A stretch of 64,000 nucleotides of DNA from Candidatus Shapirobacteria bacterium (GCA_020059745.1 JAGVBK010000004.1:178511-242510); one strand, 5' to 3'. Counted from the first letter of the stretch, positions 46,992-57,397 are shown. Notes: generated from the sequence alone by a model not told the origin. Made by a program: numbers and translations.

Positions 46992-48101
46992 GTGTTATCA
47001 TTGAGTGAAGGTAACTTCAAGATAACAAGTTTAAAAATGATTGATTCAAACCAAAGTAAGGATTTTTTGCTGGAAATAGAGAAGCTTGAAGATAAAGTCA
47101 GTTCCGAAGCGATCCCGCCTGACCTTAAAGAAAAAATTATTACTTCAATTGAAAGGCTTAAGCTTGCTTTTAGGTTTGGAAATTATTCAAAAGACCTCGA
47201 GGAAATTTCAAACTATATTGATTGGGTAGAAAGTTTGCCGTGGGCAAAACGAACTGACGATATTCTTGATCTTGGCCACGCTAAAAAAATTCTTGATGAA
47301 AATCATTATGGTTTGCAACAGATAAAAGACAGAATCCTTGAATATTTGGCAGTTTTAAAGCTTAAAAAAGAAAGGTCAAGCGAAAAAATTGTCAGAGCTC
47401 CAATACTTTGTTTTACCGGCCTTGTCGGGACGGGGAAAACTACTATTGCCTATTCTATTGCCCAAAGTTTGGGCAGAAAGTTTGTCAGAATTCCTTTTGG
47501 CGGGCTTGGCGATCCTGGTTTTCTCAGAGGAAGGTCGCGCAAGCTAACCGAAGCAGAGCCGGGTCAAATAATTAAAGCCATAAGAACAGCAGGGACAAAA
47601 AATCCGGTTATTTTACTTGACGAGATAGACCGGGTGGTTGAAGAATCAAGGTCAACAATTATGGGTGTTTTGGTTGAGCTTTTAGACCCGGAACAAAATG
47701 CCCGTTTTATGGATTATTTTCTCGATTATCCTTTTGATTTGAGCGAGGTTTTGTTTATTGCCACGGCTAACAACACCACCAATATTTCAACTGCAGTTTT
47801 AGACCGGCTTGAACCAATGCAAATGCCTTCATACAACGACGAAGAAAAAATGATTATTGGCCAAAAGTTTATTTTGCCCAAAACCATGAAAGAAATGGGT
47901 CTTAGCCCGGCCGACCTTGAACTATCTGTTTCTGTCTGGCCAAAAATTATCCGGCCTCTTGGTTTTGACGCTGGGGTAAGAACTCTGGAGAGAAACATTG
48001 CCGCTATTTGTCGGAAAGTTGCTAAAATAATTGTTGAAGGCAAAAAGGCAAAAGTAATTGTTAGTGATGAAAACTTGAGAGAGTTTGTACAAGTTTGGTA
48101 A
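46992..48101 (+). CDS. Lon-type AAA+ ATPase module without the S16 peptidase domain
   Basis: Lon-specific pre-AAA helix NYIDWVESLPW, HYGLQQIKDRILEYLAV, Walker A GLVGTGKTT, Walker B VILLDEIDR, sensor FIATANN, and GVRTLERNIAAICRKVA. The ORF stops where the protease domain would begin, and the next gene is UDG. Confidence 0.65.
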   Translation: MLSLSEGNFKITSLKMIDSNQSKDFLLEIEKLEDKVSSEAIPPDLKEKIITSIERLKLAFRFGNYSKDLEEISNYIDWVESLPWAKRTDDILDLGHAKKILDENHYGLQQIKDRILEYLAVLKLKKERSSEKIVRAPILCFTGLVGTGKTTIAYSIAQSLGRKFVRIPFGGLGDPGFLRGRSRKLTEAEPGQIIKAIRTAGTKNPVILLDEIDRVVEESRSTIMGVLVELLDPEQNARFMDYFLDYPFDLSEVLFIATANNTTNISTAVLDRLEPMQMPSYNDEEKMIIGQKFILPKTMKEMGLSPADLELSVSVWPKIIRPLGFDAGVRTLERNIAAICRKVAKIIVEGKKAKVIVSDENLREFVQVW

Positions 48102-48102
48102 A

Positions 48103-48747
48103 ATGGAAACAGAATCGGAATTAAGAAAAATTGAAGAAGAGATAGCTTCTTGCAACAAGTGTCCGCTAAAAAAAACGGCCACAAGACCTGTTCCGGGAGA
48201 AGGAAATTGCCATGCTGAAATTATGTTTATCGGTGAGGCTCCGGGTTATTGGGAAGATCAGAGAGGTATTCCTTTCTGTGGTGCTGCCGGAAAGCTTTTA
48301 GACGAACTTCTTTTATCAATAAATCTAAAAAGAGAAGATGTTTTTGTGGCCAACATTCTCAAGCACCGGCCACCTGAAAACAGGGACCCGTTGCCAAATG
48401 AAGTCGAGGCCTGTAAAGAGTACCTGGACCGGCAGCTTAAGGCAATAAGACCTAAAGTGATTGTTGCTTTGGGTCGTTTTGCCATGGCTAAGTTTTTCCC
48501 TTATGGAAAAATCAGCCGCGATCACGGTATTGCCAGGTTAGTTGACTACGGTGGACAAAGATATATTTTTGTGCCGATGTTTCACCCGGCAGCTGCCTTA
48601 AGAAGTAGCGAAGTTGAAAAACAGTTGAGGCGGGATTTTTTGAACCTGACTCAGGGGGTAGAGAGGTTTAAAAATTCAGACCAGCAAGAAAAAAGCGAAA
48701 GCGATCAAAAAGAAAAAATTATAAATGAACAATTGGAATTAATTTAA
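48103..48747 (+). CDS. uracil-DNA glycosylase, family 4 (Fe-S type)
   Basis: CNKCPL Cys cluster, GEAPG motif, and HPAA near the C-terminus. The start is taken at the Met at 48103, immediately after the Lon-module stop; the ORF-track start at 48085 would overlap by 17 nt. Confidence 0.8.
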   Translation: METESELRKIEEEIASCNKCPLKKTATRPVPGEGNCHAEIMFIGEAPGYWEDQRGIPFCGAAGKLLDELLLSINLKREDVFVANILKHRPPENRDPLPNEVEACKEYLDRQLKAIRPKVIVALGRFAMAKFFPYGKISRDHGIARLVDYGGQRYIFVPMFHPAAALRSSEVEKQLRRDFLNLTQGVERFKNSDQQEKSESDQKEKIINEQLELI

Positions 48748-48762
48748 TATAGAAAGGAACTT

Positions 48763-50427
48763 ATGAAAAAATATTTAAAAATCATTTCTTTAGGAGGTTT
48801 CGGCAGAGTGACAAAAAACATGTTTGTCTATGAAACTGATAAAGATATTATTATTGTTGATTGTGGAGTTGGTTTCCCTGAAGAAGAAATGCTGGGAGTT
48901 GATTTAGTAATTCCCGATATCACCTACCTTAAGGATAAAAAAGATAAAATTAGGGCAATTTTTCTTTCCCATGGTCATGACGACCATGTTGGCGCTTTGC
49001 CTTATATTCTTCCCCAGCTTTCTACCAAACTTCCAGTTTTTGCACCTAGGTGGGCCAAGGCCTTGGCGGAAAACAAACTTTCTGAATTTGGGATTTTTCC
49101 CAACATTGAAGAAATTGATGAAGGGAAACGGGTTAAGGTGGGAGATTTTTCTCTGGAGTTTGTTAAGGTAACCCATTCGATTCCGGACACACTTCATTTG
49201 GCGATTGAAACCCCGGTTGGGCTTATTTATCATGCTGCTGATTTTAAACTTGACCTTAACCCGGTTATGGGCAAACCTACCAACCAGGAGCTTGTCAGGC
49301 AAATTGGTAAAAGAGGGGTTTTGTGTTTGCTTTCAGATTGTCTAAGGTCAGAAAACCCTGGTTTTACTCCTCCTGAGGTTAAGCTTGAAGAAGTTTTCGA
49401 GCAGGAAATCACTGACTGCGAGGGCAAGTTTATTGTGACTACTATGTCCTCAAACATTTCCAGGCTAAAGCAGGCAATTGATGTTTCCCTAAGACACGGC
49501 CGTAAAATTATCCTTGTTGGCCGGTCAATTGAAAAAAATATTGAAATTGCCACCAAGCTTAAGTATATTTCTTACCCGAAGGAAGCCTTTATCCCCAAAA
49601 AACTAATAAACAAATACCCGCCTAGAGCAGTGACCTTGATTGTTGCCGGAAGCCAGGGACAACTAGGCTCAGGGATGGACAGAATGGTCGCGGGAGAAAT
49701 AAAAGATATCAAAATTAAGCCTGGTGATAAGGTTGTTTTTTCAACTGATTATATTCCCGGAAATGAAACCGCAATCTACAACATGATCGATAATCTTTAC
49801 CGTCTAGGCGCTGAGGTTGCCTACTCGGACATAAGAAGCGACATCCATGTTTCCGGCCACGGCTCTCAGGGAGATTTAGGGAAGCTGATGGAAATGATTA
49901 ATCCTAAATATCTTATTCCTATTGGCGGCAACTACCGGCATATGGTTGCCTATAAAAAACTGGCTATAAAAAATGGTTTTAAGACAGACCAGGTTTTGAT
50001 TCAGGATAACGGCAAAGTAATTGAGTTTAATGAATCAGGGCTTTCTGAAACTAAGGAAAGGGTTGAAATCGGTCAGGTGATGGTTGACGCGCTTGGTGTC
50101 GGTGATGTTGGCAATGTTGTCTTAAGGGACAGGAGAATTCTTTCCGAGGAAGGAATTGTGGTGGCAATTCTGCCGGTTAACCAAAGCAAGATGACGCTTG
50201 AGGGCGAGCCGGAAATTGTTTCCCGCGGCTTTGTTTATATAAAAGAAAACCTTGAGCTTTTAGCAGAAGCAAAAAGAGGGATTGAGGGAACACTTAAAGA
50301 GCACCAACAGCGCGGCCGTTTAGATACCCGGCTAGTGAGGGAAGTAGTTCAGGATTATCTGGAGAAGTTCTTCTTTAATAAAACAGGAAGAAGGCCGATG
50401 GTTTTAGTTGTTATTGTCGAGGTTTAA
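48763..50427 (+). CDS. rnj: ribonuclease J (metallo-beta-lactamase/beta-CASP)
   Basis: FLSHGHDDHVGALPY (HxHxDH), beta-CASP motifs, and the C-terminal domain. 554 aa. Confidence 0.85.
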   Translation: MKKYLKIISLGGFGRVTKNMFVYETDKDIIIVDCGVGFPEEEMLGVDLVIPDITYLKDKKDKIRAIFLSHGHDDHVGALPYILPQLSTKLPVFAPRWAKALAENKLSEFGIFPNIEEIDEGKRVKVGDFSLEFVKVTHSIPDTLHLAIETPVGLIYHAADFKLDLNPVMGKPTNQELVRQIGKRGVLCLLSDCLRSENPGFTPPEVKLEEVFEQEITDCEGKFIVTTMSSNISRLKQAIDVSLRHGRKIILVGRSIEKNIEIATKLKYISYPKEAFIPKKLINKYPPRAVTLIVAGSQGQLGSGMDRMVAGEIKDIKIKPGDKVVFSTDYIPGNETAIYNMIDNLYRLGAEVAYSDIRSDIHVSGHGSQGDLGKLMEMINPKYLIPIGGNYRHMVAYKKLAIKNGFKTDQVLIQDNGKVIEFNESGLSETKERVEIGQVMVDALGVGDVGNVVLRDRRILSEEGIVVAILPVNQSKMTLEGEPEIVSRGFVYIKENLELLAEAKRGIEGTLKEHQQRGRLDTRLVREVVQDYLEKFFFNKTGRRPMVLVVIVEV

Positions 50428-50430
50428 GAG

Positions 50431-51390
50431 ATGCTGGTTGACGAGGCGGTAATTAAGATTGAGGCGGGAAATGGCGGCAACGGTAAGGTTTCCTTCAGAA
50501 GGGAAAAATTTGTTCCTAAAGGTGGACCAGACGGCGGTGATGGCGGCAATGGAGGAAGTATATATTTTCGGGGCATTGAAGATATCACCGGTCTTAATAA
50601 ATTTCGTTTTAAAAAAGAATTTAAAGCCCAGGATGGAGAGCCCGGGCAAAGCCGGAAAAAAACTGGGGCAAACGGCAGGGATTTGGTTTTAGCCCTTCCG
50701 GCGGGAACTGTTATTAAGGACCTTGGTACTGATGAGACTTGGGAGATTGTACAAGCAGGAGAAGAGATTTTAGTGGCTGAGGGTGGTAAAGGCGGCCGTG
50801 GTAACTGGCATTTTCGTTCTGCTACCAACCAAACACCCAAAGAGTTTGAATACGGAACTTATGGTCGAAAAAGAGAATTGCTTCTTGAACTAAGGCTGGT
50901 TGCCGACCTTGGTTTTATCGGCTTTCCTTCAGTTGGTAAATCAAGCCTTCTTAATGAGTTTACGCAAGCGAGTGCTAAGGTTGCTCCTTATCACTTTACC
51001 ACCTTAGAGCCAAACCTAGGAGTAATGGACGGCGTTATTTTAGCGGATTTGCCGGGTTTGATTGAGGGTGCTTCTGGGGGGAAAGGTTTGGGAATTAAAT
51101 TTTTAAAACACATTAAAAGAACTAAGGCTTTAGTACATTGTGTTAGCGCCGATTCAAAAAACCCGCTTAAAGACTATAAAGATGTAAGAAAGGAGCTGGG
51201 TGATTATGACAAAGAACTTCTTTTAAAGCCAGAACTTATCTTGATCACCAAGTCAGACTTGGCAAGTAAGGAAGATCTTAAAAATATTAAGGAAAAACTA
51301 AAGGAAACAAAAAAGGAAGTTTTGCCTGTTTCCATTTATGATTATGACCAAATGCAAACAGTAAGGGAGCGTTTAAAAAAACTAGCCTAG
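50431..51390 (+). CDS. obg: GTPase Obg
   Basis: The Obg fold with Gly-rich N-terminus GGNGGNGKVSF...GGDGGNGGSIYF, and the G domain GFPSVGKSSLL, DLPGLIEGA and TKSD. Confidence 0.9.
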   Translation: MLVDEAVIKIEAGNGGNGKVSFRREKFVPKGGPDGGDGGNGGSIYFRGIEDITGLNKFRFKKEFKAQDGEPGQSRKKTGANGRDLVLALPAGTVIKDLGTDETWEIVQAGEEILVAEGGKGGRGNWHFRSATNQTPKEFEYGTYGRKRELLLELRLVADLGFIGFPSVGKSSLLNEFTQASAKVAPYHFTTLEPNLGVMDGVILADLPGLIEGASGGKGLGIKFLKHIKRTKALVHCVSADSKNPLKDYKDVRKELGDYDKELLLKPELILITKSDLASKEDLKNIKEKLKETKKEVLPVSIYDYDQMQTVRERLKKLA

Positions 51391-51410
51391 TTTTTTGCTA
51401 TAATTTAGCC

Positions 51411-53123
51411 ATGAGATATTCAAAACTTTTCGGAAAAACAGTTAAGGAAGCACCTTCTGAGGCGGCTCTAGAATCTCATAAACTTCTTTATCGGGCTGGT
51501 TTTATAAGAGAATCAACCGCCGGCAGATACTTTTTTTTACCTCTTGGAGAAAGAGTTCAGCAAAAAATTATGAAAATTATCAAAGAAGAGATGGACAGAA
51601 TTGGCGGTCAGGAAATGCTTGCACCGGTACTTCACCCTCTTTTTCTTTGGCAGGAAACAAACAGGGATAAAGCCGTTGGTTTTGAGTTAATGAAGGTAAG
51701 GGACAGACGGGACTTTGAATTTGCTTTGGGCGGAACAGCTGAGGAAATGTTTGTTGATGTCGTCAGAAAATTTCAGATAAGTTATAAAGACCTCCCTTTT
51801 AATGTTTACCAGTTTTCTACCAAGTTTAGAGATGAGCTTCGTGCTCGTGGCGGGCTTCTTCGTGTACGCGAGTTTATTATGAAGGATGCTTACTCGTTTC
51901 ATACCGGAAAGGAAGACTTTAAAAAAGAATACCACCGAATGTGGGACACTTATACCTTAATTTTTGAAAGAATGGGGCTAAAAACAATTCCCGTTGAAGC
52001 TGATAATGGCTATATTGGCGGCGAGTATTCCCATGAGTTTGTGGTTGAATCCAAAATTGGAGAAAGCCGGTTTTTGATTACAAAAGGCAGTGAGGTGGGG
52101 ATGCATGAAGATGTGGCCAGGTTTAAGAAAGAAGAAAAAAATCTTGACGAAAAAGAACAGCCCTTAAAAGAAGTTGAAGCGGTTCGCGGAGCAAGTATGG
52201 AAGACGGAGTTGAATTTCATAATTTGCCTTTGTGGCAGCAGATAAAAGATGTAGTTTATGTGGACGATAGCGGCCGATTTATTTTGGCAGTAATAAGAGG
52301 AGATTATGAAGTTAATGAGGTTAAACTTAAGAATTTACTCTCCCTTAATCTTTTTCGTTTTGCCACCGATGAGGAAATCAGGGAAAAGCTTCGTTCAGAG
52401 CCCGGATTTATTTCTCCGGCAGGAATTAAGGACAATCTGACTAAGGGAGTTGAGCTTATTGTGGTGGGAGACGATTCGCTAAGAACAGTAAAAAATGCTT
52501 ACGGTGGAGCAAACAAGAAAAACAAAGACCTTCTGAATGTTAATATTGACCGTGACTACCAGCTTGACAAAGAAGGAGACATTGCTATGGCCCAGCCTGG
52601 GTTTACCTCTCTTGATGGAGAAATGCTTTTTGAGAAAAGAGGGATTGAAGTAGGTAATATTTTCCAGCTGGGAGAGTATTATTCAAAAAGGATGAAAAAC
52701 GCCACTTTCATTGATAAAGACGGAAAACTAAAGCCTTTTTACATGGGCTGTTATGGGATTGGTTTAGGAAGAACAATGGCAACAATAGCAGAAATCCACC
52801 GCGACGAAAAAGGTCTTGTCTGGCCTGACTCAGTTGCTCCTTTTTTGGTTCATTTAATCGGTCTTAAAGGGGCAGAAGAAAAAGCGAATGAAGTCTATAA
52901 AAAGCTTAATGAAGAAGGCATTGAGGTTTTGTTTGATGATAGAGAAGATGTTTCTGCTGGAGTTAAGTTTGCAGATGCAGACCTAATCGGTATACCGGTA
53001 AGACTGGTAGTGAGCCTTAAAACGGGAGATAAAATTGAATGGAAAAAAAGAAACCAGGAGAAAAGCGAACTTCTTGTTTTTGAAGAACTGGTTGACAGGC
53101 TCAAAACAGCTGTTTTTCCTTGA
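51411..53123 (+). CDS. proS: proline--tRNA ligase (bacterial type with editing insertion)
   Basis: Class II motifs (FRDELRARGGLLRVREFIMKDAYSF; GCYGIGLGR), the C-terminal anticodon-binding domain and the characteristic N-terminal region. Confidence 0.9.
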   Translation: MRYSKLFGKTVKEAPSEAALESHKLLYRAGFIRESTAGRYFFLPLGERVQQKIMKIIKEEMDRIGGQEMLAPVLHPLFLWQETNRDKAVGFELMKVRDRRDFEFALGGTAEEMFVDVVRKFQISYKDLPFNVYQFSTKFRDELRARGGLLRVREFIMKDAYSFHTGKEDFKKEYHRMWDTYTLIFERMGLKTIPVEADNGYIGGEYSHEFVVESKIGESRFLITKGSEVGMHEDVARFKKEEKNLDEKEQPLKEVEAVRGASMEDGVEFHNLPLWQQIKDVVYVDDSGRFILAVIRGDYEVNEVKLKNLLSLNLFRFATDEEIREKLRSEPGFISPAGIKDNLTKGVELIVVGDDSLRTVKNAYGGANKKNKDLLNVNIDRDYQLDKEGDIAMAQPGFTSLDGEMLFEKRGIEVGNIFQLGEYYSKRMKNATFIDKDGKLKPFYMGCYGIGLGRTMATIAEIHRDEKGLVWPDSVAPFLVHLIGLKGAEEKANEVYKKLNEEGIEVLFDDREDVSAGVKFADADLIGIPVRLVVSLKTGDKIEWKKRNQEKSELLVFEELVDRLKTAVFP

Positions 53124-53161
53124 TGTTTTAAATTTGTTCTTCGACTTGATATAATTTCAGT

Positions 53162-55255
53162 ATGGCCAGAAGGAAAGGTTGGTTTAAACGCCGTTTTAAA
53201 ATTAAGCTAAAGAAAGACGCAATTTATTCAATTGCATACCTTACTCTTTTTTCTTTAGCCTTTTTAGTAATTCTTTCTTTTACCAGACAGGGAGGATTTT
53301 TATTTTCTTTAAATGTTAAGCTTCTTGAGTACTTTGGTTGGGGGACAGTTTTTGTGGCTTTCTTCCTTATGCTTTCTGGTCTTATGCTTACTAAGCTAGA
53401 GATTCCCTGGACACGAGCCAGCGTTATGGTTGGCGGCGGACTTTCTTCGTTGTCTCTCATGGGGCTAACGCGCTCCGGACTTGTAGGTAAGGGGGTTTTT
53501 GAACAAATAGCTTACTACCTAACCTCTCTGGGAAGTGTCTTTGTTTTGGTAGTTTGCGCGCTTATTGGTTTTGTGGTTTTGTTTAATACCTCTCTTGACC
53601 AGATTTTCCTCGGGTTTGCCGATTTTTTAAAAGCAGTAAAGGGCATTGGCTTTAAACCAAAAAAAGAAACTCCTCAGTTTATACAGGAAAAAAATGCTTT
53701 AAAGTCTGTTTCTGCCAAGCCTAACTTTAGTATTAAAGAGCCTTCAAAAGCATTGATAACCGCTGAGCCGGAAGAAGAGTTTACTGCTGTGGCAACAAAT
53801 ATTCCCGGTGCCCAAAACGAAGTTTGGAATTACCCGCCGCTTTCGCTTTTAAGCGAAGCCAGCGGAGGTAAGGCCGACCGGGGCGATGTTAAGACTAATG
53901 CTTCGACAATTGAAAGAACTTTTGATTCTTTTGGCATTTCTGCCCGGGTGGTTGAAGTCAACAATGGTCCGGCTGTAACTCAATATGCGATTGAGGTTGG
54001 TCTTGGCACCAAACTCTCAAAAATTACCAGTCTTGCCAATGATCTTGCCTTAGCCTTGGCTGCGCCAACCGGACAGATCAGGGTAGAAGCGCCAATACCA
54101 GGGCGTTCTTTGGTGGGCATTGAGCTTCCTAATCGCTCTTTGGAAATAGTTACCCTAAAGCAGCTTCTTTCAGTTCAGGGAATGAAAGATAAAAAAAGAA
54201 AACTTTTGGTGCCTTTAGGACTTGATGTTTCCGGTGAGCCTAAAATTGCCGACATTAGCAAAATGCCCCATGTTTTAATTGCCGGACAAACAGGTAGCGG
54301 TAAATCCGTTCTTCTAAATTCCTGGATTTCGACTTTTCTTTTCCGGACTTCTCCTTCCGAGGTAAAGCTTATTTTGATTGATCCAAAAAGAGTTGAATTT
54401 ACGCAATATAATGGTGTTCCCCATTTACTTACTCCAGTGATAGTTGAACCTGAAAAAATTGTCAGTGCCTTAAAATGGGCTACTAAAGAAATGGATAATC
54501 GCTACAAACAATTTGCCCAAGCTGGAGCCAGAAATATCGAAATGTATAACGAGAATGTAGGCTTTCAGGCGCTTCCTTATATTGTCATTATGGTTGACGA
54601 ATTAGCTGATATTATTCTATTTGCTCCTGCTGAGGTTGAAGACAATATCTGCCGGCTGGCGCAAATGGCAAGAGCGACCGGGATTCATTTGGTTATTGCC
54701 ACCCAAAGACCATCAGTTGATGTCTTAACCGGACTTATTAAGGCCAACATTCCCACCAGAATGTCTTTTGCTGTTGCTTCAATGACTGACTCAAGGGTAA
54801 TTCTTGACAGTCCGGGCGCAGAGAAGCTTTTGGGAAGAGGAGACATGCTTTATATCCCTCCTGACCAGGCTAAACCTTCAAGAATTCAGGGCTGTTTTGT
54901 TTCTGATGCTGAAATTCTAAGGCTTATTGGTCACTTGGGTAAAACAGGCGTAAGGCCGGTTTATACAGAAGAAGTAACGGAAATGGCCGACTCCTCTTTA
55001 AAAGGCGGAGTTAGCGGCGGGGGCGAGGAAAGAGATGAGTTTTTTGAAGAGGCAGTTAAGACCGTCTGTCAGTTTGGTAGGGCTTCAGCTTCTTTGTTGC
55101 AAAGGCGGCTTTCTGTTGGTTATAATCGGGCGGCAAGAATTTTAGATCAGCTTGAAGCGGCTGGTGTAATTGGCCCTGGTGACGGAGCAAAGCCAAGAGA
55201 TATTTTAATCAAAAATCCTGACGAATTTTTAGCCTCAGAAACTCCAGGGACATAA
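53162..55255 (+). CDS. ftsK: DNA translocase FtsK/SpoIIIE
   Basis: N-terminal TM segments, the motor domain with Walker A GQTGSGKSV and Walker B MVDELAD, and the C-terminal gamma winged helix (GYNRAARILDQLEAAGVIG). Confidence 0.9.
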   Translation: MARRKGWFKRRFKIKLKKDAIYSIAYLTLFSLAFLVILSFTRQGGFLFSLNVKLLEYFGWGTVFVAFFLMLSGLMLTKLEIPWTRASVMVGGGLSSLSLMGLTRSGLVGKGVFEQIAYYLTSLGSVFVLVVCALIGFVVLFNTSLDQIFLGFADFLKAVKGIGFKPKKETPQFIQEKNALKSVSAKPNFSIKEPSKALITAEPEEEFTAVATNIPGAQNEVWNYPPLSLLSEASGGKADRGDVKTNASTIERTFDSFGISARVVEVNNGPAVTQYAIEVGLGTKLSKITSLANDLALALAAPTGQIRVEAPIPGRSLVGIELPNRSLEIVTLKQLLSVQGMKDKKRKLLVPLGLDVSGEPKIADISKMPHVLIAGQTGSGKSVLLNSWISTFLFRTSPSEVKLILIDPKRVEFTQYNGVPHLLTPVIVEPEKIVSALKWATKEMDNRYKQFAQAGARNIEMYNENVGFQALPYIVIMVDELADIILFAPAEVEDNICRLAQMARATGIHLVIATQRPSVDVLTGLIKANIPTRMSFAVASMTDSRVILDSPGAEKLLGRGDMLYIPPDQAKPSRIQGCFVSDAEILRLIGHLGKTGVRPVYTEEVTEMADSSLKGGVSGGGEERDEFFEEAVKTVCQFGRASASLLQRRLSVGYNRAARILDQLEAAGVIGPGDGAKPRDILIKNPDEFLASETPGT

Positions 55256-55261
55256 AATCTC

Positions 55262-55894
55262 ATGAGAACAGTAGGAGAAATACTTTCCGAAAAAAGAAAA
55301 GAGCTAAACCTCAGTCTTGAAGATATTGAGAAAGAAACAAAAATCAGGCAAAAGTATCTTGAGGCAATTGAAAAAAACAATTTTCAGCAGATAGAGGAAA
55401 GCACCATTGTTAAAGGATTTATCAGGAATTATGCTCTTTCCTTGGGATTATCGGCTGAAAATGTTCTCGCTGTTTTCAGAAGGGATTTCAGGGAAAACGA
55501 AAAAGGTCAGGTTATACCGCGGGGGATGGTTGAACCCTTGGGCGAAAAAAGCTTTTGCTGGACTCCGAAAATGACCTTTATTTTTTTTGTTTCTTTTTTA
55601 ATCATCGGCTTTACCTACTTTTTTGTCAGGCAATATGTTGGTTTTTCTTCTGCTCCCGAACTTGAAGTTTTTTCTCCGGTTGAAGGCCAGGTATTTGAGG
55701 AAAAAATCGAAGTTAGAGGGAAGACTCATCCTGAAGCTTCGGTTAAGATTGACGGTACTTTAATCTCTATTTCGGAAGACGGCAGCTTTAAAGAAGAAGT
55801 TACTCTTCCCCGAGGAGAAAATTTTGTGACTGTTGAGGCAGTAAACAGGCAAGGTAAAAAAAGAACTTTTAATATAAAAGTAAAAGTGGAGTAA
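55262..55894 (+). CDS. RodZ-like cytoskeleton protein (XRE-type HTH, single TM, C-terminal extracytoplasmic domain)
   Basis: N-terminal HTH (TVGEILSEKRKELNLSLEDIEKETKIRQKYLEAIE), a TM segment (MTFIFFVSFLIIGFTYFF), and a beta-rich C-terminal domain. Confidence 0.5.
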   Translation: MRTVGEILSEKRKELNLSLEDIEKETKIRQKYLEAIEKNNFQQIEESTIVKGFIRNYALSLGLSAENVLAVFRRDFRENEKGQVIPRGMVEPLGEKSFCWTPKMTFIFFVSFLIIGFTYFFVRQYVGFSSAPELEVFSPVEGQVFEEKIEVRGKTHPEASVKIDGTLISISEDGSFKEEVTLPRGENFVTVEAVNRQGKKRTFNIKVKVE

Positions 55895-55949
55895 CCTTGA
55901 CAAGAAGTCTTTTTAAACCTTAAACTAAGTTATATAAAATAAACTGCCC

Positions 55950-56243
55950 ATGCAAATACCTTACCTTAACCAAGCTCTTCTTTTTTTAGTTGTTACGGTT
56001 TTGACCACCTTGCTTGCAATTGCCGGAGTTCAAGTGATTCACATTTTAAAAGAATTTAGGCAAACGGCAGCTAAACTTAACAAAATTGTTGACGACTGCC
56101 AGCTCATTTCTTCCTCTGTAGCTAAGCCAGTAGCCGGGCTTTCAGGTTTTATTACCGGTTTAAAAAGCGGCAGTGATTTTATTAGCTTTTTTTTGAAAAA
56201 CAAAACTCAAAAAACAAGCCTTAAGGAGCCAAAAGATGAATGA
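55950..56243 (+). CDS. hypothetical membrane protein (97 aa)
   Basis: An N-terminal TM segment followed by an amphipathic region. It overlaps the start of the next gene. Confidence 0.4.
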   Translation: MQIPYLNQALLFLVVTVLTTLLAIAGVQVIHILKEFRQTAAKLNKIVDDCQLISSSVAKPVAGLSGFITGLKSGSDFISFFLKNKTQKTSLKEPKDE

Positions 56244-56685
56244 CGAAAACAATGAAAGCAATAACGGTTTTTGGATTGGTCTGATCGTCGGCGGCATATT
56301 AGGAGCAGGCGCTTCTTACCTTCTTGGTATCGAGGACAAGGAAGAAGCCAAAAAGAAACTTCTTCAAAAAGGCAAGTGGCTTCTTGAAAATTTTGAGGAG
56401 ATTGGTGAAAAAGTTGAAGAAAAAGGAGAGGAAATAAAAGAAAAAGCAACTGAGCAAGTGGCGGAAGTTAAGAAAGAAGTTGAAGAAAAGGTTAAAGATT
56501 TGCCGGAAATTGCCCAAGAAGCAGTCGAAAATGTTCAGAAAGCAGCGCAAGAAGCAGTTGAAAACATTGTTAACGCGGTTGAAGAAAACGAGGAAGTCTT
56601 GGTTGAAAAACCGGTTAAAGAAAAGAAAGCTTCCAGCGGAAAAAGGTTTTTCTTTAAAAAAGGAGCACCGCTGACAAAAAAATAA
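56236..56685 (+). CDS. YtxH/DUF948-like membrane-anchored coiled-coil protein
   Basis: Small-xxx-small TM segment (GFWIGLIVGGILGAGASYLL) followed by a charged helical repeat (AQEAVENVQKAAQEAVENIVNAVEE). Confidence 0.45.
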   Translation: MNDENNESNNGFWIGLIVGGILGAGASYLLGIEDKEEAKKKLLQKGKWLLENFEEIGEKVEEKGEEIKEKATEQVAEVKKEVEEKVKDLPEIAQEAVENVQKAAQEAVENIVNAVEENEEVLVEKPVKEKKASSGKRFFFKKGAPLTKK

Positions 56686-56689
56686 TAAA

Positions 56690-57397
56690 ATGGAAAAAAA
56701 AGAAGCAGACGAAATCCAATCTCAGGAGCAAGTTCAACCAGCACAAACAGAACCAGCTCCTAATTTATCCGGAGAAAAATCTATTTTAAAAATCGTTGTT
56801 ATATTGGCTGTTGCCATCCTGTTAATTGCGACGGGAACAGTATTGGGAATGCAAATAGGGAAAAAGCAAATTGCTCCCAAGGAAATAATTTCCGACAAAA
56901 ATACCCCTACGGCTACGGTTTCCGAACCAACTATTACTCCAGTTGTTGATGAAACAACTAACTGGAAAACCTATTCAGATAATATTGCAAAATTTGAGAT
57001 TAAATATCCGGCTGGTTGGTCTTACTCCGTGAAGACAAAAACAAAAGTGTCTTATGGTGTAAATTCAAATGAACCAATTTATTATGGAAATTTATCTTTT
57101 TCCGGTCCAGAAGGACAAATTGAGCTTGTCTTTGGCGATGGTTTTGGCGGGGCGACATGTCAAGTGGCGAAGGGTGCTGGAGCACGGTTGGCCAATATTA
57201 AAATCGGTGATTACAATATTCCCTTATGTAATTACAAACAAGGAGAAATCATTTACTATGACAGTCCTTTTGGTGATGCTGGCGGTCCGCGAATTGGCAA
57301 TACCTCTTATAATTTTTCTTTTTCTTATCGAGAGTCTTCTCCTGAGTCTAAAGATTTAATTTTGGAAATTCTTTCCACTTTAAAGTTTGCCGACTAA
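56690..57397 (+). CDS. hypothetical membrane-anchored extracytoplasmic protein
   Basis: An N-terminal acidic region, one TM segment, then a beta-rich domain of about 150 aa. No recognised motif. Confidence 0.4.
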   Translation: MEKKEADEIQSQEQVQPAQTEPAPNLSGEKSILKIVVILAVAILLIATGTVLGMQIGKKQIAPKEIISDKNTPTATVSEPTITPVVDETTNWKTYSDNIAKFEIKYPAGWSYSVKTKTKVSYGVNSNEPIYYGNLSFSGPEGQIELVFGDGFGGATCQVAKGAGARLANIKIGDYNIPLCNYKQGEIIYYDSPFGDAGGPRIGNTSYNFSFSYRESSPESKDLILEILSTLKFAD

